Origin: Camelus ferus
Taxonomy: Eukaryota
Direction of reading: 5' to 3'
DNA length: 64,000 nt
NCBI RefSeq assembly: GCF_009834535.1
Contig: NC_045696.1
Span: forward strand, 70,310,001 to 70,374,000
This document shows, one piece after another, positions 35,030 through 48,099 of the stretch. Below the pieces are notes generated by a model. That model made no database searches, was not told where the DNA came from, and was given only the letters and a program-made list of their open reading frames with translations. The translations under genes and the position numbers were made by a program. The stretch's first letter is position 1; each line of letters begins with the position of its first letter.

Positions 35030-38000
35030 CCCTTTTTAAATTAAACTTTTTATATTGAGATAATTTGTAGATTCACATGCAGTTGTGAGAGATAATGCAG
35101 AGATCTCACGTGTTCTGCGCCCAGTTTCCCAGTGGTAGCATCATGCAGAACTGTAGTATGATATCACAGCCAGGGAACTGACACTGATACAGAGAAATTC
35201 AGGAACATTTGCATCATTGCAAGGATACCTCATGTTGCCCTTTTATAGCTACACTCACTTTCCCTCTGGCCCCAACCCCTCATTAATCCCTGGCAATCAC
35301 TAATCTGTACTCTATTTCTGTGATTTTCTCGTTTCTAGATGTTATGTAAATGGATCATACAATATGTAACCTTTGGGGATTGGCTTTTTTCACTCAGCGT
35401 AACTCTCTGGAGATTAATCCAGGTTGTTGTGTGTATCAATAGCTCATTCCTTTTTATTGCTGAGTAGTGTTCCATGGTATACACGTGACACAGTTGATCT
35501 GTTCGCCCATTGAAGGACATCTGGGTTGTTTCCAGTTTTTAGTTATTATAAATAAGCCTGCTGTAAACGTTTGTGTATGGTTTTCTGTGTGAACAAAAGC
35601 CTACATTTCTTTGGGATAAATGCCCAGAAGTGCAGTTGCTGCGTCATGTGTTAGTCGCACAGTTAGTTTTTAAAAGAAACTGCCAAACTCTCTTCCGTGG
35701 TTACTGTACCATTTTACATTCCTGCCAGCAATGTATGAGTGATTCTGTTTCTTCGCCACATTCCTGTCATTACTGGGGTGTTGTTATTTTAATTTTAGTC
35801 ATTCTGATAGATGTATACTGATAATTTATTTTGATTTTAATTTGCATTTACCTAATGTCTGACATTTGTGTGCTTATTTGCCATTTGTATATCCCCTTTG
35901 ATGAAATGTCTTTTATCCCTTTTTTCTAAGACTTTATTTTCTCAGAGTCATTTTAGGTTTACAGCAAAATCGAGAGGGAGATACAGAGATTGCCCATGTA
36001 TTTTGCCCCCATATGTACATATCCTCTGCCATTATCAACATCATTTATCAGAACTGTACATTTTTCTACCCAGGATGAACCTGCATTGACACAGCATAAT
36101 CATCTAAAATTCATAGTTTACCTTAGGGGTTCATTTTTAGTGTTGTACATTCTGTGGATGTGGACAAATGTGTAATGACATATGTGCATCATTATAATTT
36201 CATACCAAGTTTTCTCACTGCCCTAATAATCCTCTGTGCTCTTCTTGTTCATCTGACCCATCCCTTGGGAAACCACTGATCTTTTTATTGTCTCCATAGT
36301 TTTATCTTTTCCAGAATGTAGTATGTAGCCTTTGGAATCATGCAGTATGTAGCCTTTTCAGACTGCCTTCTTTCACTCAGTAATATGTGTTTCAGGTTTC
36401 TCCATGTCTTTTCATGGCTTGATAGCTCATTTCCTTTTAGTGCTGAGTAACAGTCCGTTGCTGGATGTACTACAAAGTTTTTATTACTTTACTAATTTTT
36501 TTTGAGGTGTAATTGACATATTCATTTCAGCTGTACAACATAGTGATTAAATATTTGTATATACTGTGAAATGATCATTGCAGTAAGTCTAGTTAACATC
36601 TATCACCAAACATAGTTCCAGTTCTTTTTCTTGTGATAAGAACTTTTAAGATCTACTCTCATTACAGCTTTCAAGTATATAATAAGTATTATTAACTTTA
36701 CTCTCATTATATCCCCTTGACTTATTTATCTTATAACTGGAAATTTGGCCCTTTTGACCACCTTTACCCATTTTGCCCATTCCCTCATCCTCTGCCTCTT
36801 GCAGCCACCAATCTGTTCCCTGTACCTTTGAGTTCAGTTTTTGTTTGTTTTGATTTCACATACAAGTGGGAATATATGGTATTTGTCTTTTTCTGTCTGA
36901 CTTATTTCACTTAGTATAACACCCTCAAGGTCCATTCATGTTGTCTCAAATGGCAAGATTTCATTCTTTTTAATGGCTGAATATATATTTACTATATTAT
37001 TCATTCATGTGTTGGTGGGCACTTACGTTTTTTCAGTGTCTTGGCTATTATTGTAAATAATGCTGCAGTGAAAGTTTGCAGATCAGAATTTTAAAATTTT
37101 GATGAAGTTAAACTTAGGAATTTTCCTCTTATGGATGATCTTTTTGATTCCTTTAAGAACTCGTTGCCTAATTTGAGATCCAGAAGATTTTCCTGTATAT
37201 TTTTCTTAAGAGTGTTGTAGTTTTAAGTTTTAAATAAAAGTCTGTGATCTATTTTGAGGTTTTGTATAAGGTGTCTATTTTAGATCAAGGTTTATTGATT
37301 TTTTTTGCCTATAGATGTTCAAGTTGCTTCAGCAGAATTTGTTGAAAAGCTATCTTTCTTCTGTTGAACTGCTTTTTGCAATTTTGTCAAAACCCGTATT
37401 GTGTTGGTCTGTTTCCAGACTCTCCATTCTGTTCCATTGATCTATGTGTTGGTTCCTCTGCTAGTCCACAGTGTTGATTGTTATGCCAAATAATGTGTCT
37501 TTAAATTAGATAAACTGATTCTTCCCGCTTTACTCTTCTTTTAAAAATTGTTTTAGCTATTCTAGTTCCTTGGCCTTTCCATATGAATTGTAGAATAATC
37601 TTGTCTACATCTACAAAAATCTCGGTGGGATTTTGATAGGAATTGTGGTAGAGTTGTAAATCAATTTTGGGAGAGTTAGAATCTTTACTGTGTTGAATCT
37701 TCTGTTCCATGAACATGGCATCTCTCTCTATTTCTTTAGATCTTTGATTTCTTTCGTCAACATTGTGTAGTTTTTAGCATATAATTCCTTACATGTTTTG
37801 TTTGAGTTACACGTAAGTATTTACATTTTTTAAATTGCAAATGGATTGAATTTTTAATCTTGGTGTCCTGTGTTCATTGTTAGCATAGAGAAATATAATT
37901 GATTTTCATGTGTTTATCTTGCATTCTGTGACCTTACTTAGATGAACTCACTTATTTCAAGAGTTTAAAAAAAAATAACTTTCCTTGGGATTTTCTACAT

Positions 38001-40950
38001 AGATAATCATTTCATGTGGAGGTTGAGAAAGTTTTATTTTTTTTTTGTTTCTAATCCATATGGCTTTCTCCCCCCTTTTCGTGCTTCATTGTACTGGCTT
38101 GAACTTCCTCAGTTGTGTTGAATAAGAGTGATGAGAGCAGTAATCTGTGCTTGTTCCCTCCTCCATAGGAGGAAAGCACTAGATCTTTCATCTTTAAGTA
38201 TAATGTTAGTTAGTAGGGTTTTTGTAGATGCTTTTTAGTAAGTTGAGGAAATTCTCTTTTATTTCTATTTTCTGAAAGTTTTTATTATGAATGAGTATTA
38301 AATTTTGTCAAGTGCATGAATTGATATAATCATATGAGTTTTTCCTCATTGGCTTGTTAATATTGTGAATTGTATTTTCAAATACTAAATCAGCTTTCTA
38401 CCCCCTGGATAAACCTCACTTGGTTATGGTGTATGATTCTTTTTGTATGTTGCTGATTTCTACTTGTTAATAGTTTGTCAAGGATCTTTATGTCTATATT
38501 TATGAGGAGTGTTGATCTATAGTTTTCTTTTTTGTACTGTCTTTGTTTTGGCTTTGATACCAGGGTAATACTAGTTTTATACAATAAACTCGGCTTTTTT
38601 TTTTCTTCTAGGCTTTTTTTTCTGGAGAGATTGTTTAGAATTGATGCTATTTTTTGTTTAAACACATGGTGGAATTCTCCAGGGAAATCATTTGGGCCTG
38701 GAGATTTTTTAAATTACTAATTCAGTTTCCTTATTAAGAGGACATTCAAATTGTTACCAGTGGGTGAGTTGTGATAGTTTGTAATTTTTGAGGAATTGGT
38801 CCATTTCATTCTGCCTTGTCAAATTTATGTGTGTAGAGTTGTTTGTAGTGTTCCCTGATTATGCTCTTGATATCTGTGTGGTCTTTCATAGTATCCCCTG
38901 CTTCATTCCTGGCACTTCTAGTTTGTGTTTTTTCTCTTTATTTTTTTGTTGGTCTTGCTAGAGTTCTGTTAATTTTATTGACCTTTTCAAAGAAAAGCTT
39001 TGTTTCATTTATTTTCTCTATTAGTTTCCTGTTTTCAATACCATTGATTTCTGCTCTCATGTTTATCATATCTTTCTTTCTGTTCTGCTTGCTTTGGGCT
39101 GATTTTATGCTGTCCTTTTTTTTTTTTTTTTTCCTTAAATAAAGCTTAAGGGTACTTGCATTATACTTTGAGTCTTTTCCTTTTTTCTAGTGTATGCAGT
39201 TATTGCTATAAAAATCCATCTCAGCATTGCTTTAACTGTGCACCACAATTTAAGTGTTTTATTTTCATTTTCAAGTTCACTGTATGTTTTCATTTCTCTT
39301 GATACGTCTTATAGATTTATGGATTATTTAGAAGTGTTGTTTGGTTTCCAAGTGTTTGAAGATTTTCTTGTTATATTTTTGTTAATTGGTTTCTAGTTTG
39401 ATCACAGAACACACTTTGCATGACTTTAATTCTTTGAAATCTTTTGAGATTTGTTTTATGGCCCAGGATATGGTCCAAGTGTCATGGACACTTAACAAGA
39501 ATGGCTCTTCTGCTGTTGTTGGGTGAAATGTTCTGTAAATGTCTGTTAGATCCTGCTGGTTGCTCTGTTGTTGAGTTCTACATCCTTGCTTGTTTTCTAT
39601 CTTGTATGTTCTTTCAGTTGTTGAAAGAGGAGTGTTGATATCTCCCAATTAATTGTGGATTTGTCTTTTTCTCCTTTCAAGTCTGTCGGTTTTTGCTTCG
39701 CATATATTTGCAACTCTGTTGTTTGGTGCATACACATTTAGAATTGCTGTGTCTTCTTGTTAGATTAACCATTTTATCATCATCTAATATCCCTTTATAG
39801 CTGGGTAATTTTCTTTACTCTGAAGTCTACTTTTTGTGATGTTAATATAGCTATACCTGTTTTTCCTTTAATTAATGTTTTCATGACATGTCTTTCCCCT
39901 CCTCTTATTTTCAACCTGCCTATAATGTTAAATTTGAAATGAATTTCTTATATACAGCATAACTTGTTTTTTAAGCCACTGTGCCAGTCTCTGTCTTTTA
40001 ACTAGACCATTTACACTTACAGTAATTATTGATAAGTTAGGGATTAAGTCTACCATTTATTTTTAATTTTCTGCTTTTTCTCCCTGTTTTTTGTTCCTTC
40101 ACTTTCTTTTCTCTGCCTTTCTGTGAGTTACTTGGGCATTTTGTAGAATCCCATTGTGATTACCTGTAATACTTTTGAGTTTTCTCTTTAAAGCTTTTTA
40201 GAGATTGCTGTGAGTGTGTGTGTGTACATATGTACATATATGTAGCTTATCATGGTCTGTTCGTGTACTTTGATCATTTTGAGTAAAGTATAGAAACCTT
40301 ACTTACCTTTATATCACTCTGCCCTCCACCCATTTATAATATAACCAGCTTAAGTATTTTCTCCCCTTGTATTTAGAGCTGTATCAGACAGGGTTACAAT
40401 TTCTGTTTTAACTGTCAACTATAATTTAGAACACTCGAGGAAAAGGAACATGTTTATCTACATTTTTGCTTATTGTGTTCTTTTTTCTAACTTCCAGAAA
40501 TTCCTTCTTTTATTGTTCCCTTTGTGTTTAGAGAACGTCCTTTAGCCATTTGTTTAAAGTAGGTTTGCTGGTGACAAGTTCTTTTAGCTTTCCTTCATCT
40601 CGGAATGTCTTGATTTCTCCTTTATTCCTGAAGGGTGTGTTTACTGGATATAGGATTCTAGATTGATGTTTTCTCCTTTCAGCACTTGAAAAATTGTACT
40701 ACTTCCTTCTGGCTTCCATGATTTCTGATGAGAAATTCACTGCTATTTGAATTGTTTTTCCCTTATAAATGAGGAGTTGTTTTTCTCTGGCTGCTTCCAA
40801 GATTTTTTTCTTTTTGTTTAGTTTTTAGAAGTTTGAATATAATGTGCTGGCCTGGATTTCTTTGGATTTACCTTGTTTGAGATTTGCTCAACTTCTTAAA
40901 TCTGTAGGTTGTATCTCTAGCTAAATTCGGGAAATTTTCAGCCATTATTT
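35030..40950 (-). mobile_element. Large decayed L1M element (3'UTR, ORF2 RT and EN, reaching the ORF1 region), with nested L1 3' ends at ~35910-36470 and ~36495-37075
   Basis: Minus ORFs KKENYRSTLLINIDIKILDKLL...IIHHNQVRFIQG (38390-38665), GDINTPLS...DLTDIYRTFHP (39382-39648) and ILQFIWKGQGTRIAKT (37501-37716) are L1 ORF2 motifs, with many stops and frameshifts. Confidence 0.9.
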
Positions 40951-41745
40951 CTTTTTTTTCTTTACTCTTTTTTTTTTTTTAATTGACACATAGTTTACAA
41001 TGTTATGTCAATTTCTGGGGTACAGCATAATGTTTCAGTCATACATATATATGCATATTTTTTTCATACTCTTTTTCATTGTAGGTTACTACAAGATGTT
41101 GAATATAGTTCCCTGTGCTATATAGTAGAAACTTGTTTTTTTATCTATTTTATGTATAGTAGTTAGTATCTGCAGATCTTGAACTCCCAATTTATCCCTT
41201 CCTACCCCTTTCACCCTTGGTAACCATAAGTTTTCTATGTCTGTGACTATATTTCTGTTTTGTAAGTAAGTTCATTTGTGTCTTTTTTTTTTTTTAATTT
41301 GGACTCCACATATGAGTGATACCATGTGGTATTTTTCTTTCTCTTTCCAGCTTACTTCACTTAGAGTGATGATCTCCAGGTCCATCCATGTTGCAGCAAA
41401 TGGCATTATTTTATTCTTTTTTATGGCTGAGTAGTATTCCATTTTCTAAAGATACCAGAACTTCTTTATCCAGTCGTCTGTTGATGGATATTTAGGTTGT
41501 TTCCATGTCTTGGCTATTGTAAACAGTGTTGCTGTGAACATTGGGGTGCATGTATCTTTTCAAATTAAAGTTTCCTCCAGATATATGCCCATGAATGGGA
41601 TTGCTGGATCATATGGTAAGTCTGTTTTTAGCTTTTTTGAGGAATCACCGTACTGTTTTCCATAATGGCTGTACCAGACTACATCCCCACCAACAATGTA
41701 GGAAGGTTCCTCTTTTCTCCACACCCTTTCCAGCATTTATCATCT
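40951..41745 (-). mobile_element. Younger 5'-truncated L1 3' end with T-rich tail
   Basis: poly(T), then tacaatgttatgtcaatttctggggtacagc...ttctttttttatggctgagtagtattcc...ctccacaccctttccagcatttat. Confidence 0.9.
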
Positions 41746-42169
41746 GAATGGCACAATGTCTTGCTAGTCATGTTGCTCTACCTTCATTTTATGGTGGCTA
41801 TTTTTATAAAATATTTTTAGATTTACAGCCATGATTCTATTAACTTATTATTTAGTGTAACATGTGAGGATCCTAATTACTTGTGAGTAACATTAACAGG
41901 AGTATGTAAAATTGAAGAAACCTAAAAACCATTTGATTTTTCTTGTTACTTTGAATATTTTCTACAACCTTTCCCCAAGATGGTCATCAGCCTCTGTCGA
42001 GCCTTAGAAAGCTGCTGATTCCATGTTTGGACAGTATAAGTACTAGTAAATTATTCCTTATATTGAGAAATCTCACTTCTTAGTCCACCTCGGATATCTG
42101 CCTCTTTGTCCTAGCTCTCCCTACCAGAGCTGCACTGAAGAGGTTTATTCCTTCTATCTATCTGTCTAT

Positions 42170-43230
42170 CTGATGTTTTATTTAGCACCCACTCTGTGCA
42201 AAGCCCTACACCAAGTGCTGGGAATATAGCATTGAATATGATAGCCATGATGCCAACCCTCTTGGTGCCTGCATTCTAGTAGGTGGGCAGACATCAAACA
42301 ATTTATTATACAACTGAATATTTAATTACAACTGCCATTTCTATTAAGAAGAAAAGATACAGACTGCTTAGAGTATGATATTGAGGCATTGGGTAGGGTG
42401 ACAAGGGGGAGAGCTTGTTTGAAGAAGTATTGCTTGAGTTGGGAGCTGAGATATAGGTAGGAACTAATGATGTGAGGGACTCTGGGGGCCTGGAAGGGAA
42501 AGATGGCTGTCCCTACAGAGGGGAGGATGCATGAAGAGCCCTAGGGAGGAAGGAAGTTTGGTGTTTCAAGGGAGGTCAGGAAAGGCCAGTGTCAGTCTTT
42601 GTTGTTGTCATTTATTAGCTGTCTGGACATGGAAGTGATCTAATTAGGATTTGTATTTCATATATTTTATTAACTTTTATTTAACTCTATTTTAAACTGA
42701 AGAAAAAATTATAAGACAGTATAAGTTTATGTAGCCTCTTTACCCAGATTTCCCTAAATACTAAATATTAATATTGATCTTACATTTTTATGGTATGGTT
42801 ATCAAAGCCAGGTTTACTTCATGTTTTTGGAGCCCTTTAAATTAAGGTGGATTGTACATTTTTAAAGAGTTATTTAAAAAAAAGGTAAAGAAGAATATGC
42901 AACAGAGACCTTTTATGGCCCACAAATCCCAAAATATTTGCTGTCTAGCCCTTTACACAGAAAAGTTTGCTGACCTCTGGTCTAATTTCCATAGGCTGTT
43001 CAGATTTCCCCGGTTGTCCCACTGATATTCTTCTTCTGTCCAGGATGAAATTTAGGATGCCATGTTGCATTTAGTTGTTGTGTCTCCTTGGTCTTTTAAA
43101 ATCAGTTCCTTAGTCTTTCTTTTTTCCTGATCTTGCTGCTTTTAAAGAGTACTGGCCAGTTATTTTGTAGGATGTCCTTCAGTTTGGGCTTGTCTGACAT
43201 TTCCTCATGATTAAATTCAGGAAATATACA
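42170..43230 (-). mobile_element. L2 fragment, then L1MC-like 3' end containing a MER58-type hAT element (~42808-42979)
   Basis: L2 tttatttagcacccactctgtgc. MER58-like end aaaatatttgctgtctagccctttacacagaaaagtttgctgacctctg. Confidence 0.65.
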
Positions 43231-45579
43231 ATTTGATAAACTAAGCTTTTTAAAAAATTGAACATTTTACGTGGATTGGAATCAAATTGTTACAGAATTA
43301 TGATCTCTCAGTTTTCAATCTGAGAAAGATCAATACAAATTATAGATCATTTCTCTTCTATCCCAGTACTAGAGTAATTATTTTTACATAATTTCTGGAT
43401 TTTTTTTTAAACAATAATCTGGGGATACTCTCTGCTGTTATTTGTAATGGCTTTTTTGTTCAAGAACTACTGAGTATATTGGAACTGTTACCAAAAATGA
43501 AGTTTGTCTTAGTTTGCTTGCTTTTAGGTAATACTAAATATTAGGTTAAGGAGCTCAGGCCTTTATTGTAATTTTGTATAGTTTAATGTTAACTGACAGT
43601 GAATCTACCTGTAATGTTTTTTTTTATTTTATTATTTAGCAATGTCAAACCTCATTTAAGTAACAAAGACTTTTATTAACAATTTTTAGCAGCTTAAGAG
43701 GCTGTGATTTAGAATTGATATATGTTTCAAATTGTGCATGTGAAATTATGGCTAAAGCTGGGATACTTATATTTTACTTTAAAGTTATGATCAGTGTAAT
43801 TAATTTCTGTATTAACTTTGGATTTACTTTGACACAGAATTACGGATTCATGAGCCTCCCTGTATGGCTAACATGTTGATAGCCCTTTTGTTTTGAAAAG
43901 GGTGTAAAAATGATATTTTACTCACTAATCGTAATCAATCATTGCATCTCTGAAAAATGTAATAATTTAAAAGCCAAGCTTATATACTTAGACACTTTAT
44001 CTTAAAGAAAAATAGGTAACTGAATAAAAATATAATCAATATAGGGGACCCTTAGTGAGTAGTTGTTAAATTATTTAACTCATATAACAGTACTTTTAAT
44101 TACTTGATTAAATACCATACATTCATAGAACTTAGAAAGTACCTACAGATTGTCTGTTTCAGAGTTTTTCAAAATATGCTGCAAGGTAGGGTTTGATGGA
44201 AGTGCCTGAGAAATTCATAGTGAGGGTGACCTCTTTTCCATTTCAGGGAGGCATCTCTGTTTTACATGAAATGGAAAGCCGGAGAAATCTTCATCATAAA
44301 ACAAAGGAATTTGTTTTCTAGACTTAGTGCCCTTCACAAAGTTAATCAGATATAGTCATTCATTTTCAGAAGAGATGGAAAGCTCTCAAAATCACTGATT
44401 ATAGTGCTTACTAGATAGAATGTGGTCTAATTTGTTTCCATTTCTAAGTCATTTATTCTTTTTATTAATTTAAGCTTCTTCAAATGTATTATGGTATCTA
44501 AAAATTTTAGTTTTATTTCAGTTACTATAAACTCATCCTTTCATTTGTTAATTTATTCCTTGGTTTGGCACGAGTGTTTCTATACTGGTGGGTTAATTAT
44601 ATTCACACACAAAACAGAAATGGAGGCATCTGAAACAGTCAAGAAGCCTAGAGGAATCAGAACATTTGTCATGTTGTAGGGGAAATGTGCTTGGCAAGGT
44701 GCCAGAGTACATGAAAGAATGTGTGAAGATGCCCCATGTTCTTCAGCATGTGAAAGTAACTTTCTTACATCAAGTTCTAAGCATGCTGCTTGTTTTGTAA
44801 ACACAGTGCAATATTATCACCACTAACATTTCTTTTATCCTTTCTTTTTCTTTCTCTATTTCCCTTCCTTTCTCTTTTTCTTTTCTATGTAACTTGTTAC
44901 CAGGGATACTATTTGGTTTTTAAAAACAGCAGATTGTATTGGGCTATTTTGAAAGGAATTTGCACCAAAAGTTTGCTAGCAGATTTGGATATAGTGATTG
45001 CTGAAGTAATGACTTTAGATTCTTTTGAACCTAGAAGACGGCATCTTGGATGTTAGTTTCCCTAAACTTCTTTGGAGTCCCTTCTCAGTGTTCGAAGGCC
45101 TCCAACCATTGCTGTTCCTTTAGAAGCGCCTTCATTTGTTAGTTACGTCTCCAGAGACATTTTCACTTAGGTGTTTAATGCCTTTTCAGCTGTAAGAGAA
45201 CCCTTCTGGGGAGTGTCTGTTCTGGGGGTATCTTACACATGGGCTGTACCTCTGTTTATCTCTTACGATCTTCCCTAAACTTTAATGTTATATTTGTACA
45301 GTCTGTGAAAAAAAATACACACTACTTATTTGCAATATTTTTCATACGTTTTTAATACAAACCTAAATCTAGTTTTTTTAATTTTGATTTTCTCAAGATA
45401 CAAACTGTTGAGATATTATAGAGTTTACATAAACTTCTCCCTGCAAATTTGTTCTTCCTTTTTGAGTTACTGGAAGAACCAGTGCTTGATTTTTTTTTTC
45501 CTTGAAAGACAATTACAGAATGTGTCTTACACAAAGCATGGTGCTTTTTAATAAAGAAAAATTTGCCACCATATATTTT

Positions 45580-46100
45580 TGCTATTCATTCAACAAATAG
45601 TTATTCAATATCTAATGGTGTCAGGTACTGTTCTAGAAGCTGAGGCTTCAGCAATGAACAAAACACAAAAATCCCAATCCTTGTGGACTTTCTAGTGGTT
45701 ATTAACAATGATGGTATGTAAGGTTTGTTGCTTTTATGACATTGTAGTCATTAGAAAAAGTCTTTGGGTATGATCTTAGGTACTAGGAAGTTTTTTTTTT
45801 TTTTGAGTGTTGTATATGCAGTTTCTTTTTTAAACAGATAATGTTTGGGTATGATCACACAGATGCTGTAAAAGGTAATAAATATGGGAAGAGTATGGTC
45901 TTTATTGTCAGACCTGAGTTTGAATTCTAGCTTTTCAGCTTATATTCATTTTGCATTGTGGTCTTGGGTAAGTAACTTAACATCTCTGAGCCTTAGTTTA
46001 CTAATTTGTCAACTAGAGGTAATACTAATACTGTAGAGTTATTGTGAGAATTAAAAATAATGTAATACTTAGTGGTATTGGTAACTACCATTGTTATAAT
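45580..46100. mobile_element. L2 3' fragment (-) and MIR (+, ~45880-46100)
   Basis: attcattcaacaaatagttattcaata; cagacctgagtttgaattctagct...cttgggtaagtaacttaacatctctgagcct. Confidence 0.7.
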
Positions 46101-47717
46101 TGTCATTATGTTCTCTGTAATCCGGATTTCTATCCAACAGTGACATCAGCAACAACAAGATTGGGCCCAGGCCCAAGATTCAAAAGTTTTGGGACATTAT
46201 TTTGAGTTATTCCATTCATTGGAAGAGGAACTGGATACTAACAGTAAAGGAGCAATTTTTGTAAAGTAGTGAGGCCTTTCAAATGCAGAAAGTTTGATCA
46301 GATCATCTTCAACAGCTTTAGTTTAAAAGGCAGCAAAGGCTCTTTTCTTTGCCTGTCTTTCACTGGTGCAACTACAGCTAAGAATTTCTGTTGGCTGCTG
46401 TGACCAAGGGTCTTGGGTGCAAAATTTTTCATCACAGCTTTTGATCTCAGCTTTTGATATGTCCTTATAGACTCCTGGATACTACCTTTCACTAAGACCA
46501 GCTTTTCTTCACCTTGTGCTTCTGCTTCAAGATGATTAATCCAGATTGTCCAAGCTTGCTTCACTCCTTTTGTCATGGACCAGAGACCTTGAAAATAGAA
46601 CCTGCAGGAGATATATCACAATAGTTATAACACAGCAGCACAGTGCAGAGCAGTGTGAGGGTGAAATTCATAATGGATTTTTAAAAAATTCTTAAGATTT
46701 TCCTTACATATTAGAATGTGTTTATCCTTAGTCACATTTCAAATTTCAATTTTTATTTTGACACCACAGGCAGTCTATCACTTAGAAGTTGTCTGACAAC
46801 GTTATTAAATTTGCTTTTTAAGTTGGGTAGAGTATACTTTCTCTAGAAACATTGTTCTAACTTGTAATTAGGGTCTTAAAGTAGCTACTGAAATTTTATT
46901 CAACACTTAAACAATTTTTTCAGATGGCGGATTTTATTGTACTAGTACTAGAGGTACTAGCATATCTAACTTGGGGTTCCTTGGGCAGGGAGAACAGGTA
47001 ACTCTTAGGTACTGTCATGCAGTAACTATATATTTGCTTCTGAAACAGAATCATTTTATTCAAGGCTGAACCAAGGCACATAGATGCCCTGAACAAGGCT
47101 GTTAATTTAACATTCTTCTAAACTGATATTGTTTGAATATTTTGTTAAACATTTATTTATTGGCAGTGAGGGGAAGGAAAAAGTTGTGTGTCTTTATGCT
47201 CAGAAAGAAGGATTTCTTACAGATTACTCAGTGGAATATGACATTCCTGTTCTCACCTGCAAGTTGCAAAATACTCAGAAATAGGTGGATTCAGCAATTT
47301 CCATATAAAAAACTACCTAATTCAGGAGAAGGAAAATGAAAAGAAAAGAAGAAAAATGATCTACTTCAGCCATAGCAGAACCAATTTATACTTCACTGTG
47401 AAATGTGAAATCCTGGGATTGCTAGGGCTCTCTATCAGATTTCTCCCCTATAAACTGGCATCGTGGATCTTGCTGCCCTGTTCCGTATCTAACACTGTCT
47501 CCGTGCCTGGGTAAAAGGAAACAAGTTTTTCTATTTTCCAGTATCTTCATAGGACAAGAGAACCCTGCTAGACCAGTAATACCTTAAATTGGAAAATAAA
47601 AGAGCCTGTCCCTATGCCCATGTGTGGGTGGGGGCTGGGTCCAGAAGAGACACTTCTGCTACCAGTTTTTATGGACAGTTTGTCCCTATATGTCAATTCA
47701 GTGAACAGACTCATTTA

Positions 47718-48099
47718 TAGCTGTCCTTCAGATTCTACAAAGGGGAACAGAGGGACTAGTTGGTTGGTTCCAGGATCCCCCCACCCATAGATACTAAAAT
47801 CCGAGGATGCTCAATTCCCATATGTAAAATGGTGTAGTATTTGCATGTAACGTATGCACATCCTCCTGTATACTTTAAATCATCTCTAGATTACTTATAA
47901 TGTATAATGCAATGAAAATACTATGTAAATAATTGTAAATACAATGTAAATGCTGTGTAAATAATTTCATGCCTATGGCAAATTCATGATTTGCTTTTTG
48001 GAACTTTCTGGAATTTTTTTGGGAGGGGTGGGGAATATTTCTCATCTGTGGTTGATTGAATCCATGGATGTAGAGCCTGTAGAATTGGAGTGCTGACTG
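47718..48099 (+). mobile_element. MER2 (TcMar-Tigger) DNA transposon
   Basis: ttggttccaggatccccc...aaaatccgaggatgctcaa...actttaaatcatctctagattacttataat...ggttgattgaatccatggatg...gactg. Confidence 0.85.
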
